Positions 42,316 through 55,781 of a stretch of DNA of 64,000 nucleotides are shown here, piece after piece (position 1 is the first letter of the stretch; the number at the start of each line of letters is the position of its first letter). The notes under the pieces were generated by a model. That model saw only the letters and a list, made by a program, of their open reading frames with translations, was not told the origin of the DNA and ran no database searches. Origin of the DNA: Octopus vulgaris. Taxonomy: Eukaryota. The position numbers were made by a program, and so were the translations under genes. The stretch lies in NCBI GenBank assembly GCA_951406725.2, contig OX597833.1:51646001-51710000 (forward strand), read 5' to 3'.

Positions 42316-42594
42316 TGTAATATGTGTGCAAGTGTATATTGTTACATTCATACATAGAAATATATATGTGTCTATGTGTATGAGTGCATATACACACACA
42401 CACACACACTCATATATTTGCACACGCACATATGTGTGTGAGTGCGTGTGTGTATACACTCATACACATACACACACATATATATATCCATGTATAAATG
42501 CAACAATATACTCTTACAAACATATTACTCACGCACGCACACACACATGCATACAAATATTCAGAGGCACACATCGTCTACATAATACATACAT
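42184..42594. repeat. Old ~410-bp imperfect palindrome
   Basis: atgtattatgtagacgacgtgtgcctctcaatat pairs with atattcagaggcacacatcgtctacataatacat; inner arms also pair. Confidence 0.85.
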
Positions 42595-43000
42595 AGGTGC
42601 AGTAGTGGCTGTGTGGTAAAGTAGCTTGCTTCACAACCACATGGTTCCGGGTTCAGTCCAACTGCGTGGCACCTTGGGCAGGTGTCTTCTACTATAGCTT
42701 CGGGCCGACCGATTTAGTAGATGGAAACTGAAAGAAGCTCGTTGTATATATGTATACATATATGTATGTGTGTGTATATGTTTGTGAGTCTGTGTTTGTC
42801 ACACCCCCCACCCAACATCGCTTGACAACCGCTGCTGGTGAGTTTACGTCCCCGTAACTTAGCGGTTCGTCAAAAGAGAACCGATAGAATAAGTACTAGT
42901 CTTACAAAGAATAATTCTTGGGGGTCGATTTGCCCGACTAATGGCGGTGCTCCAGCATGGCCACACTCAAATGAAATGAAACAAGTAAAAGAGTAAAAGT
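42594..43000 (+). mobile_element. SINE family A
   Basis: Homology to other copies. Confidence 0.9.
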
Positions 43001-43521
43001 GAGTATACACACATATGCACACACACAAATATACACAAATACATACATGCATACATAAAATTCATACATACATAAATATACATACATACATACATACATA
43101 CATACATACATACATACATACATACATACATACATACATACATACATACATACATACATACATACATACATACGTTGGCTGATACTTGCGCAAGTAGACC
43201 TTTTGATCTTGAACAAGCTAGCGAGTAAACAGTGTATAAGAGGGAAGGTATAGGTCGGCCCAGTTTTATTGACGTTCAAACATGAAAACCTTAGATATTC
43301 ATTTAGTCACTACATTCCAACAACTATTAACTTCACACCCACGCAGGCATGATTCATTTTCGCATTTAAACACCAGCGCTCGACTTGCAAGACATAGCAC
43401 CACACTTCGCAATAACCACAAACCCACACACTCTACTGCCCTAAAAAGAAAGGAGGTGTGTATACGTGAGTGCTCGCGCGCGTGTATCGGTGTGTGTGTC
43501 TGTGTATATATATATATATAT

Positions 43522-43927
43522 AGGCGTAGGAGTGGCTGTGTGGTAAGTAGCTTGCTAACCAACCACATGATTCCGGGTTCAGTCCCACTGCGTGGCATCT
43601 TGGGCAAGTGTCTTCTGCTATAGCCCCGGGCCGACCAATGCCTTGTGAGTGGATTTGGTAGACGGAAACTGAAAGAAGCCTTGTATATATGTATATATAT
43701 GTATGTGTTTGTGTGTCTGTGTTTGTCCCCCTAGCATTGCCTGACAACCGATGCTGGTGTGTTTACGCCCCCGTCACTTAGCGGTTCGGCAAAAGAGACC
43801 GATAGAATAAGTACTGGGCTTACAAAGAATAAGTTCCGGGGTCGATTTGCTCGACTAAAGGCGGTGCTCCAGCATGGCCGCAGTCAAATGACTGAAACAA
43901 GTAAAAGAGTAAAAAGAGTAAAAGAGT
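43522..43927 (+). mobile_element. SINE family A
   Basis: Homology to other copies. Confidence 0.92.
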
Positions 43928-43950
43928 ATATATGTGTGTGTGTATCTATA

Positions 43951-44130
43951 TCTCTTATATTAAATCCGTTCTGTCTGTCTCTGTGTGTGTGGCTCCTAAG
44001 ATCTCGGGCATCCTCCATCCGATAGCGCTCAAATTTGATATGTAGATACCAACGGTATCATGGCGAATATAAGTCTTGAAAAAATTACAAAAGTCGATTC
44101 CAGGCGAGAATGCGATCGATAAAGCAGTAA
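43951..44130 (+). mobile_element. Possible Helitron/DINE-like 5' fragment
   Basis: A|TC start, tatattaaa, (GTCT) stretch and ccgat...aaattt motif; no 3' CTAG seen. Confidence 0.45.
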
Positions 44131-45957
44131 GAAATCGTTTTTCATTGGAATAGAAAAAAAGTCTATCTTTATTTCTTCTTTTGCTGGTGTCTCAAATTTA
44201 GGTTAAATCAGTGTTTCTCAAGGGGGAGGTCTATGGGACGGTCGGACAAGTTGTTTTTGTGAAAATTTGGTTTAAATGTTTGACAACTCAGTACCGTCCA
44301 TTGGACGGGGGCGTTTTGCTCGTGTATGTATATGTGTGGATACATGTGCATCATTCATATACGTACACATATACAAACATAAATGTATATATGTTATCTT
44401 CTATTCTGTTATTCTTTCACTTGTTTCAGTCATCTGACTGCGGTTTTGCTGGAGTACCGTCTTGGAGTGTTTTAGTGGACCCAAGAAGACACATGTCCAA
44501 TATGCTACATAGTGGGATTGAACCCGGGACCATGTGGTTGAGAAGCAAGCTTCTTACCACACACCCACACAACCATGCATACACCTAAAGACACACACAC
44601 ACAGACACACACACATACACACTGATTTTTATTTGGTTCAGTCCATGGTGTAGCACCGTCTTGAAGACTTAGTCGATGAATTCGACTCCGGTTCTTCTTT
44701 TGTTGAGTGAAGAATTTATCGTATCCCCCTTTCGACGAACAATAATCACTCAAATATTCTCAAAGTTCTTGTTGATTTATTTCTATTTGAATACATTTTT
44801 GTTCTTCGTATACTGAAATTTGAAGAAAGATACTCGCTTGTTGATCGTATACAATTTTACAGAAGTCATCAATTCCGACATCAACGAAAGCACAATACGT
44901 ATCATATGGGAAACTACGTGGCCGCTCTTTAAAGGTTTCCGGAAAACAGCTTTCATATTGTCTAAACATCACAAGAAAGCTACGTTACTAAACTTTTGAA
45001 TTTTTTAACCCTATTATCCCTGCTACATAAAATTCATGCTAAAAGACAATCCACACATACCATCCGTCTGTTTTGAGACAGCATGTGTTTGGAACTGCTT
45101 CATGAAATGTATTTTCCCAAGTTTTCAGACGCTTGGGAGTTACATGAGGAAATTTATCCAGCTGACAGTCCAGAACATTTTCGTAAGTTTCTTCAAAACG
45201 TCCATGCTTGTTTTCAGACCTTTAGTTACCACTGGTTTCATACGTTCTGAATGATATAAAGCTTTTGTTTCATCAGTTACGTGTTACACAAGAGGTTGAA
45301 AAGATTGGTACTGTATATCGAATATGATGCATTGACCCCAGGGATATACGCCCCATGTATCACATGTGATAACACAGAAACGGTAAAGAGTAAAAGACTA
45401 TATTTAGTACCTTGCTTTGTTACAGGAGTGTTCTTTCATTTCATTTTGGTTTTAGGCAAAGGTGCTTGTGTTACTGTAACTTAAAAAATTGTAGGGTTTG
45501 ACAATGAATATATTCGAAATAATTACTATTTTATCTGATAAGGAAAAAAAATTCTTACGTTGTCTCTGAGCGAACTTTGAAATTATATATGGAAGTAGTG
45601 TGGTGCATGCATAAATGCGTTCAAGTGTATGTGTTTGTGGGTGTATGATTACGTGAAAATTCGACTTGTATAACATTCATTGCCATATATTGGTAAATGA
45701 TTTATAAACATCGGTGTGAAGTTTGGTGTTCTTTGATCGAAGTTCTTTGTGATAACCAAGTCTTTGATCGAATCTATACGAAGCATTGTTAGTCACGCCT
45801 TTAGCAATATATTGAACAAGAAATTGATTCATTGAGATGATATTGGTACCGATTGGATATTAAGATAAATAATAAAGAAGTAGGTAAGTGCATGTGTATA
45901 TATATGGATGTCTATCTGCGGATGTGTATCTATCTGTGTGAGGGCGCGTGACACTGT

Positions 45958-46270
45958 GAAGACAGGTGGCTAAATGGTTTGGGAATTCTGTTTGCGATCG
46001 TGAGGCGCTGAGTTCGATAACTGGCGGCACGTTTTGTCCTTGGGTAAGACGGTTTATTTCACAGTCCTCCAGGGCACTCGACTGGCAACAATGTGAGTAG
46101 TACATGTATTTCGAAAGGCCAACCTTGTCATATTCTGTGTCAGAAGGAATTTCCCTGGGGACGACGTTAAGAGTACGCGTGATTGTAGAATGGCCAGTCA
46201 TCTGGGCATTAATTACACGAGCATGCACTTCCGTTGATCGGATCAACTGGGATCCTCGTCGTCGTAACCT
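45958..46270 (+). mobile_element. SINE family E, diverged
   Basis: tggctaaatgg, gagttcgata, tatttcgaaaggcc...tcgtcgtcgtaacc. Confidence 0.75.
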
Positions 46271-46363
46271 TAATATGCATATATACATATACATATATAT
46301 ATGTGTGTGGTGTGTGTGTGTGTATGTATGTATGTATACATGTCCATACACGCACGCACATCC

Positions 46364-46433
<70 letters not shown>

Positions 46434-46500
46434 TTACAGGCTGAGCGAGGGAGCGCGAGACAGAGACAGACAGATGGTTAGATAGATATAAACTTATAAA

Positions 46501-46613
<113 letters not shown>

Positions 46614-46873
46614 GTTTATATATATATATATATATATCACACCCACTAGTTTCTATTTTCTTGTAACGTCTCGATGTCTGCGAACAGAAGAAGGAACGGC
46701 GGCGGCAGATAGTTAAGTAATTTTACGCCAATTTCTTCAACGAAATTGCGAGTTATGGTCTCGAGGTTCTTATATAGTGGAGGAGAAGCTGATGGGGAAA
46801 ACGGATGTCAATAATAACGATCACCTAAATACACGCTTTTTTCTTTTATCATCTTATTAGTTTTCTTCTATTA

Positions 46874-47028
46874 AGGCGGCGAAAGGCGGTGAGCTTGCAG
46901 AATCTTTAGCACGCCGGAGAACTTGCTTAGCGGCATTTCTGAGTTCAAATTCCGTGGAGGTCGACTTCGCCTTTTTATCCTTTCGGGGGTCGATTAAATA
47001 AGTACCAGTTACGCACTGGAATCGATGT
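46874..47028 (+). mobile_element. SINE family B 5' part
   Basis: Homology to other copies. Confidence 0.85.
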
Positions 47029-47071
47029 AGGAAAAAACTTGAAATCATTATCATTATTATTATTATTATTA

Positions 47072-47177
<106 letters not shown>

Positions 47178-47184
47178 CATTATT

Positions 47185-47244
<60 letters not shown>

Positions 47245-47365
47245 GAGTGAGAGAGCAGTTCATGCCATCAAAGTGACACTGGGGTAAAATATACAAAGCC
47301 CAATATACCCATCATGACTACCCGTCTGATAAGGGTGCACCAGGCACATGCTATTATTATTATTG

Positions 47366-47436
<71 letters not shown>

Positions 47437-47534
47437 GAGTGAGAGAGCAGTTCATGCCATCAAAGTGACACTGGGGTAAAATATACGAAGCCCATCATGA
47501 CTACCCGTCTGATAAGGGTGCACCAGGTACATGC
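47245..47534 (-). mobile_element. Two identically truncated family F terminal fragments (47245-47351, 47437-47534) in (ATT)n
   Basis: Both start gagtgagagagcag and stop at acatgc followed by tatt...gttgtt, indicating a local tandem duplication. Confidence 0.88.
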
Positions 47535-47554
47535 TATTATTATTATTGTTGTTG

Positions 47555-47652
<98 letters not shown>

Positions 47653-47654
47653 TA

Positions 47655-47863
47655 AGGTGGCGAGCAGTTAGAAGTGTTAACACGCTGGACGAAATGCTTA
47701 GCATTGTTTTGCCCGTCGCTACGTTATGAGTTTTAATTCCGCCGAGGTCGACTTTGCCTTTCACTTTCTCGGGGTTGATAAAATATGTACCAGTTGAGCA
47801 CTTGGATCGATATAATTGACTAGTCCGCTCTCCACAAATATGAGACCTTGTGCCTTTAGTAGA

Positions 47864-47865
<2 letters not shown>
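47655..47865 (+). mobile_element. SINE family B, alternative tail
   Basis: Homology; flanked by (ATT)n and (AAT)n. Confidence 0.8.
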
Positions 47866-47921
<56 letters not shown>

Positions 47922-47969
47922 GTAGTAGTAGTAGTAGTAGCAGTAGTAGTAGTTGTAGTAGTAGTAGTT

Positions 47970-48011
<42 letters not shown>

Positions 48012-48041
48012 ATAATAATCATTATTATTATTATTATTATA

Positions 48042-48158
<117 letters not shown>

Positions 48159-50030
48159 TTTACTGTATTTGCACAGCTTCTAACGCTGGAATGTACTACC
48201 CCTTATTTTTCGATCACCATCCGGAGTATTCGAGCGATTCCAAGTAGTGCTGTTTTCTGCAAGTGCTCCACCCTTATTGCAGCCCCTATTTGTTCCATAT
48301 ACTTCTCTAGATTTTTACTCACTGTTCCCAGGGCTCCGACAAGTATTGCTACTACTACCACCTTTTCATCGACCACAACTGCTTAACCTCCCAAGCTAAC
48401 CTCTCATATCTATCTGCTCATGAGGCAGGACTCCATTCTTTTCCAGATGTTCATACATTGACTCTACGTCTATTCCAGTCAATAATTTCCACATAACTGG
48501 CAAGCAGGATATCGGCCTCTAATTGTCTGCCGTATTGCATTTTTCGATGTTTTTCAAGCACAGCACTTTCCTACCCATTGTCAGCCTCTCTGGTGATACT
48601 TGGTTGGCATTTAACAAGGTCTTGAGTTGTGCAGTAATTCGTGCATGACATTCACCAAATCTCTTGATCCAGTAGTCTTGAACTCCATCTGGTCCTGGGG
48701 CCTTCCAGTTGCCCAATTGTTTTGCTGATTTCCTTCACTTCCCTCACTGAAATGACTAGTTGTGACAGACTACTGTCTGTTTCAGTATTTGCATCCATTC
48801 AGCATCCTTCTTGTGCTCCTTATCTTTGTTCCAGATGTCACTCAAAATCCTTCGTCTTTCAACGTTATCTGGTATCAACTTTTCATTTGTACACTCTCAA
48901 TTTATTTCTTTGTAGAATCTCTTCTGATCAACTCTACTCTGAATAACCTATTCTGCTGGTATCCATTCAATCTTTGCTCGTATCTTACCATCTTTGCTTT
49001 CTTTGCAACGAGGCGCTGTTGCAGTACCACCATTACTACTTTCAGGCCCTTTCTTTCAAAATCATGCTGCTTATTCAGTGCCCTGCACTTTTGTTCGCTT
49101 TTAAGCTCCCACTTCTCTTTTATGTCTGACACAGAAATGTCCTTCGAGAGTATATCTAACCCCGCCTGTATTCTTCTTTTCCACCATGAATCGTTTCTTT
49201 TGTCACTTCCATTATATTTCCTTTTCTTGACATCAAAACCCACATTTTCTGCTACAATACTTGCTGCCTTGATCAAACTATTTGTTTCTGTGATGTTTTT
49301 TGTTCTGATGTATTTCAGAATTTCATTCACATTTTTCGTTTCTTGATTCAATTTCCACCGATTAACCTTTTTAAGGCTGCAAATAATGTCGCTATCGTTC
49401 TCCTGTAGCCTTGCCTTTATTCTGACATCGATTGCCTTTTGCTCATCTCTTTTGCCACCATTAATTTTATTGTCTTCTTCCAGACCATCTACATGTCTCT
49501 CATCGAGTAAGCTGTCACTGTTCATTTCCAGTGGTTTATTCAAGATCTCACCTCTGTTTTCTGCTGTGAGATTACTTTTATCAATAAGAACTGTATTTTC
49601 ATCGTTCCCTCTGCTGCCGCTTTCCAATACCCGTCTTTTCACGTAGACTTAGATCTTCGAGCTCTACGTCTGTGAACCAACGATTTATTTTTATTGCTCA
49701 AGCTTGATCACATAATCTCAGTTCCGTGATTTGAAACACTCCGTTGATCATACATACGTGTCGGTGCCCCCTAATATGAGCACCATTTTCATCTACAGAG
49801 TTGCTCAGGTAGTAACACTCCATGACCATAGCATTGACCTGTTTGTTCAATCAAGTGTCCGTATGAGAATATTCAATCAATTGCTGAGTTAGTGAAATTC
49901 GATCAGCTGACTGTTTGGAAAAATTCGATGAAATTGCCTGCTTGTTGAAATTTGCTAACTGTTCGTTCTGTGAAATTTGATTGACTTTAGTGAAATTCGA
50001 TTAATTACGCCTTTGATAAGATTCGAACAA
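48159..50030 (-). mobile_element. R4/Dong-like RLE non-LTR retrotransposon, decayed and internally deleted, 3' end in (TAA)n
   Basis: N-terminal VMECYYLS...ITELRLCDQA..I..NRWFTDVELE; pre-RT NWKAPGPDGVQDYWIK...[15 protein letters not shown]...LPHEQ; C-terminal ILVGALGTV...LQKTALLGIARILR; multiple stops and frameshifts. Confidence 0.88.
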
Positions 50031-50261
50031 CTGTCAGCTGAACAACCTACACGATGAATATTATAATAAAGGGTCATGGTGTATGGACATCCAGACTTGT
50101 ATTGGTTTGGAGCTAGAAGTGACAAAAGGCTCAGTCGGTATCAGGATGTAGGAGTTGTACGGAGTTACCTTCTCTTTGATCAGTGGCTAAAGAGCTGAAA
50201 GACCTCATCTGCACTAGGTCCGTTGGTGGGGTTGTGAGTGAACATCTGTAGTGCTCCTCTG

Positions 50262-50282
50262 CAGCTGCTGCTGCTCTTGATG

Positions 50283-50340
<58 letters not shown>

Positions 50341-50343
50341 AAC

Positions 50344-50378
<35 letters not shown>

Positions 50379-50396
50379 TTACTACTACTACTACTT

Positions 50397-50438
<42 letters not shown>

Positions 50439-50609
50439 TTACTACTACTACTACTACTACTACTACTATTACTACTACTACTACTACTACTGCTACTAAT
50501 ACTACTACTACTAATACTACTACTACTACTACTATTACTACAAGTAGTAGTACTACTGGTGCTACTGCTATGTCTTCTTCGTCTCCTACTACCACTACCA
50601 CTGCTGCTG

Positions 50610-50705
<96 letters not shown>

Positions 50706-50713
50706 TCACTTAG
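50262..50713. repeat. (ACT)n block, inverted paralogue of 33150-33540
   Basis: Shares the 43-bp cassette (40/43 identical by eye) and edge sequences. Confidence 0.85.
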
Positions 50714-51211
50714 CAGCTGAACAACTTACACGATGAATATTATTATAAAGGGCATGGTGCTTTGGTATTTATCTGTTACACTGTATTTTAAAGCAAATGT
50801 GATTGCAATGGAGCGAAATATATTTTAAGGTATAGAATTCTAATGACATTTTTTGGACAGGCTAGTATACGCAAGAACTGTAAATTTGTATGCTGCTATT
50901 TATGTCGTTTTTATTGTTGCTGTAATGTATAACGAAGTCCATAGTTATGCGGCTTTGTCAGGTTGTATGAAAGCGCTGGAGGCAACCCAGTACAATTTGT
51001 TGCATGACTGACTCATCAGCTTCTATAGAAGAGAGGAAAGAGATTTAGTTAGATAGAAAACCGTCTTGTCAATTATTGTTTTCCATACCAGATTATGTAT
51101 GTACATACTGAGTTGATGAATGAATGTAACTATGACATACTTTGATCTGAAGAGCAAACCTCCTTTACCTGTATTACCATAGTAATATATAATATATAAA
51201 TATATATATAT

Positions 51212-51473
51212 AACGGGAAAGTTTACGAAAATAAACAGAAGACGAAGGCAGGTGGAGTACAAACAAACAAATATATTAGTATAGCGCTCAGTAATAGAAA
51301 TAGAAAAAAGTCTTTTACGTTTCGAGCCTACGCTCTTCGACAGAAAGATACACAGAAAAAAACAAGGAGAGAAAAAAATGCGTGCAGGAGCTAACGATCT
51401 ATCATGGCGTCCTGACTTCGGACAGTGGTCAGACGCGAGAAGGATAGTAAGGGAGATAACAGGGTCAAGTGAC
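51212..51473 (-). mobile_element. Hammerhead-bearing repeat (putative Penelope-like pLTR or 3' end) between (TA)n tracts
   Basis: Homologous to 58681-58863, 57219-57327 and about 39690-39842; 3' end ...ttcccgt runs into (TA)n. Confidence 0.75.
51311..51348 (-). ncRNA. Minimal type-I hammerhead ribozyme motif, CUGUCGA variant core
   Basis: TCTTT-CTGTCGA-A-GAGC-GTAG-GCTC-GAAA-CG-TA-AAAGA; perfect stems I and II, palindromic ACGT stem III, GUA cleavage triplet. Confidence 0.7.
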
Positions 51474-51555
<82 letters not shown>

Positions 51556-51558
51556 TAG

Positions 51559-51640
<82 letters not shown>

Positions 51641-52582
51641 TAGATATAGATATAGACATATATATATATATATATAAAAATGCAAAAATGGGACAAGAAC
51701 GCAAAACGTCCAGACAGTTAGGTGATACAAAAAAGGGACAACAAAACATCCAGTTAGACGATACAAAGAACACAAGGACGAGTCATTCGGAGTTTTCTTT
51801 CCTCAGTCGAGTTCCAGATTATCTTTCCAATTTCTAATATCTAATTTTATTTCCTATATTGTATTATGTATGACAATACCTTCTTATTGTAAAGGTATGA
51901 TCAACCAGTAACAAAATATCCGATATAACAATTAAAGTCGTGAAGTTTATAACATACATGGTGCTTTGGTATTTATCTGTTACACTGTATTTTAGAAGAA
52001 CATTGTGTATGAAACTTTGTTTTCATGATGATGAGGTTGTTTTTTTGATTCAGTTTTATGTGTTTAAGTTTTATATTTAGATGCGTTACTTTATTTTGTT
52101 TTATCAATTTGTTTAATGACGTATTTATCCATTCGATAATTAGAGTGCATTCTGCAATTAGAGTATTTTGGTTTTTGTACAATATGTATGGTTTCTGTTT
52201 ATCTATTGTCTTTTGCATCTGTTGTACCAAAGTAGGTAATATTTTACTGTACTGTTCTATAGCACGGGCTATTGATTTATAAAGGTGTCGTTTATTAATT
52301 AATGTTGGTTTTGCTTCTAAGATTTCTTTATTCAAAACATCTTAAGTGGACGAAACTGAAATACTCGTTTGAGAAGAGATTTTATTACATATATTTATGT
52401 ATATAGCCACTCATAATATGTCTACATCTATAGATATTTGTGTTTTCCTATATACAAAGATGCTGTATTTATTGTTCTCTCCTCTTGTTTATAAAGTATA
52501 TATTTAAGAATGGTGTGATGTTGTGGTCTACGTTGTGGTCTGTGTTGTGCTCTGAATATACGTAGGAGGGATGTTAGGTTAT

Positions 52583-52810
52583 TCTTTTACTCTTTTACTC
52601 TTTTACTTGTTTCAGTCATTTGACTGCGGTCATGCTGGAGCACCGCCTTTAATCGAACAACTCGACCCTCGGACTTATTCTTTTGTAAGCCCAGTACTTA
52701 TTCTATCGGTCTCTTTTGCCGAACCGCTAAGTAACGGGGACACAAACACACCAGCATCGGTTGTCAAGCAATGCTAGGGGGACAAACACAGACACACAAA
52801 CATATACACA

Positions 52811-52856
<46 letters not shown>

Positions 52857-53014
52857 TACGACGGGCTTGTTTCAGTTTCCGTCTACCAAATCCGGCTTTG
52901 GTCGGCCCGAGGCTATAGTAGAAGACACTTGCCCAAGGTGCCACGCAGTGGGACTGAACCCGGAACCATGTGGTTGGTAAACAAGCTACTTACCACACAG
53001 CCACTCCTGCGCCT
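52583..53014 (-). mobile_element. SINE family A
   Basis: Homology to other copies. Confidence 0.92.
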
Positions 53015-53234
53015 ATATAATAGAAAGATGGAAATATTTTAGGAACTATCTTTAAGTTTATCCATCTTTTCCTTTCTATTTGTTGCAATGATTAAATCAT
53101 CATTGGTGTCAGTTCATCGAAAACTGCTGATCGAAAATCAATTGACCAAATAACAAATGCTAGAATTAACAAACAGTTAAACTTATAATTTTGAGTTTAA
53201 AGCTCATAATTTTGGGTTTCGAAATTTCCCCCAG

Positions 53235-53280
53235 GACACCTGATGAAGGCTGGAGGGTATATCAACCGAAAAGTTGTGTT
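53235..53280 (+). ncRNA. Minimal type-I hammerhead ribozyme motif, canonical core
   Basis: GACAC-CTGATGA-A-GGCTG-gagggtatat-CAACC-GAAA-AG-TT-GTGTT; host repeat ends in (aatgtaaat)2 and (TA)n near 53340. Confidence 0.65.
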
Positions 53281-53691
53281 GACAACAAACACGATAAAGA
53301 CAAATATCCGTCAAATGTAAATAATGTAAATAATGTATACATATATATATATAAAATAGATCAGATTTCAAATGAATCAGGCACTTAAATGGTAAGGCAC
53401 CGGGTTGGGTCAAAAATTAAAATGCGAACACAACCAGAATAGAGGAATATATACGCAGGTACAAATGTACAAACAGAAAGATATTCCTTTGTGATTTTAC
53501 GTACCCGTTGAGATTATTTGGTACATCAGATGTATGCATAACCGGAAGGACAAATCCGTATGTACTCTAGTACACTTGGATTACGGTTATCCTGTCCTTG
53601 ACTTTACTTTGATATTCTTATTAAAATGCCTCATTAAAATACCTTCTAATTAAAATTCCACTGGATCCTCCAAACAATTATACATACATAT

Positions 53692-53830
53692 AGGCGCGGA
53701 GTTACCGTGTGGGTAGAAGCTTGCTTCCCAATCACATGGTTCCGGGTTCAGTCCCACTGCGTGGCACCTTGGGCAAGTGTCAAAGCCTTGTGAGTAGATT
53801 TGGCATACGGGAACTGAAAGTAGCCCGTCG

Positions 53831-53865
<35 letters not shown>

Positions 53866-54110
53866 ATTATGTATGTATGTATGTATGTGTGTGTGTATGT
53901 TTGTGTATTTGCGTTTGTCCCCCGCCCCCACCAACATCGCTTGACAACCGATGCTTGTTGGTTTACGTTCCCGTAATTTAGCGGTTCGGCAAAACAAACC
54001 GATAGCATAAATACTAGGCTTACAAAGAATAAGTCCTGGAATCGATATGGTCGACTAAAGGGCGATGCTCCCATATGGCCGCACTCACATGACTGAAACA
54101 AATAAAAGAA
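53692..54110 (+). mobile_element. SINE family A, diverged
   Basis: Homology to other copies. Confidence 0.88.
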
Positions 54111-54339
54111 TATTTGTTTGCAGAAAATAAAGAAATAAAACGTTTAATAAATGTTGCTTATTGCAAGTTATGGATGATTCTTTTATGACTTCATAGATTT
54201 CAGGCTTAGCTTAAGGTATTTTTGCGCCCGACATCACAAAACGCGTCTGAATAAGCATTGCCGGACAGCAAATAGAGACTCGGACATTGCTTAGAAAATA
54301 TTTTTCATTTTTAACTTCGTATATAGTACGCACTAGGTA

Positions 54340-54641
54340 TTTTGACCTTTAAATTTTTTGGGGAAATGCGGATTATACTCGAGGATTTACGGTAATTCTA
54401 TTACATGCATGTCCCTTACACCTGGTATTATCCTTTCGTTCTTCTGCAAGCTTGATAACATAAAATACACAAAAACATAAAAACTGGAGATTTTGACCGT
54501 TAAATTTTGGGAAAAACATGCGGATTATACATGAGGATTTACGGTAATTCTATTCCATGCATGTCCATTACACCTGGTGTTATCCTTTTGTCTTTCTCCA
54601 AAATCGAAAACATGAAAAAAAAAGAAAAAAACATCAAAACT
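54340..54641. repeat. ~150-bp tandem duplication containing a pogo/Tigger-like TIR end
   Basis: tgcggattatac(tc/at)gaggatttacgg|TA plus flank occurs twice. Confidence 0.8.
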
Positions 54642-54750
54642 ACTACGGCCAATGACTGTAAGGATGGTGCTCCAGCTTGGGCAAAGTCCAGAAGCTGAAA
54701 ACAGAAACGAAAAACGACTAAAAACATAAAAGAATGTGTAGGTGGAGACA

Positions 54751-54799
<49 letters not shown>

Positions 54800-55606
54800 G
54801 GCAGTCCAGTAGACAGTCTTTTGAAAAAATGATTATAACACTGTACACGCGGCAGTAGAAAGATAGATTGAAACGTAGTAAGCGAAATAAACAATAGACA
54901 GACAGAAAGCGGGAGATAGATGTGTGTATGGGTGCCTGTAAGTGTGCGCACGTGTGTGCAACGTATATACGTAGCGGGGAAGAACTCTTTGCTAATAACT
55001 TTATATGTCTTACAGCTCAGCAGCAAATTCATTTTCTTCTCTTATCTAATTTTTTTCGTGGCGCCGTCGGGACATTACTCAGCTTGAGAGCAATGTGTTC
55101 CGCTGGAGACTAGCAGACCTTGTAACAAGGCAAGACGAGTTAGAGAAGACAAGGAAAGAAAGAAAGGAAGGAAGGAAGAGAGAACATAAAGAATAGTTTT
55201 TTTTTCATACTTTTTTATTCTTTTTTATTTTTTGAAATTTCTGAACAATATATATATAAATGAATAAAGTAACAAATATATGCAAAATGGCGTGAACGAA
55301 AACTAGAAATATGAAATATAAAAGAGAACAACAAAAAAAAGGTAGTTAAAAATGTGTGTGTGTGTGTATTTATATATATATATAATTAGATAATGATTAT
55401 ACACACACACGCACACACACACATATGTATGCACGTATATGCATGTATACAAGTATATACATATATATATATATATATTAACGCAGATACAAATAGGCAC
55501 TTATACACGCGCTCGAGCACATCCATGGCCGACAAAAAAGGTTATATTTGCATATACATCCATTCATCCATCCAACCATATATACATACATATACATATA
55601 CATACA

Positions 55607-55643
<37 letters not shown>

Positions 55644-55711
55644 GCATATGCGAACACATACAATTCACATACGTAACTAAACACACACATACATACATAT
55701 ATGTATGTGTG

Positions 55712-55781
<70 letters not shown>

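Noticed and set aside
44700-45500. Possible GIY-YIG or Penelope coding relic (VITCDTWGVYPWGQ on the minus strand)
   Set aside because: Only one weak motif and no supporting frame; needs a tBLASTn or HMM search.
49866-50030. CRISPR-like spaced repeats
   Set aside because: Repeats are only about 10 bp and degenerate, the context is eukaryotic and there are no cas genes.
51973-52335. 120-aa ORF, possibly a Penelope N-terminal relic
   Set aside because: AT-rich with no recognisable motif; cannot be assigned.
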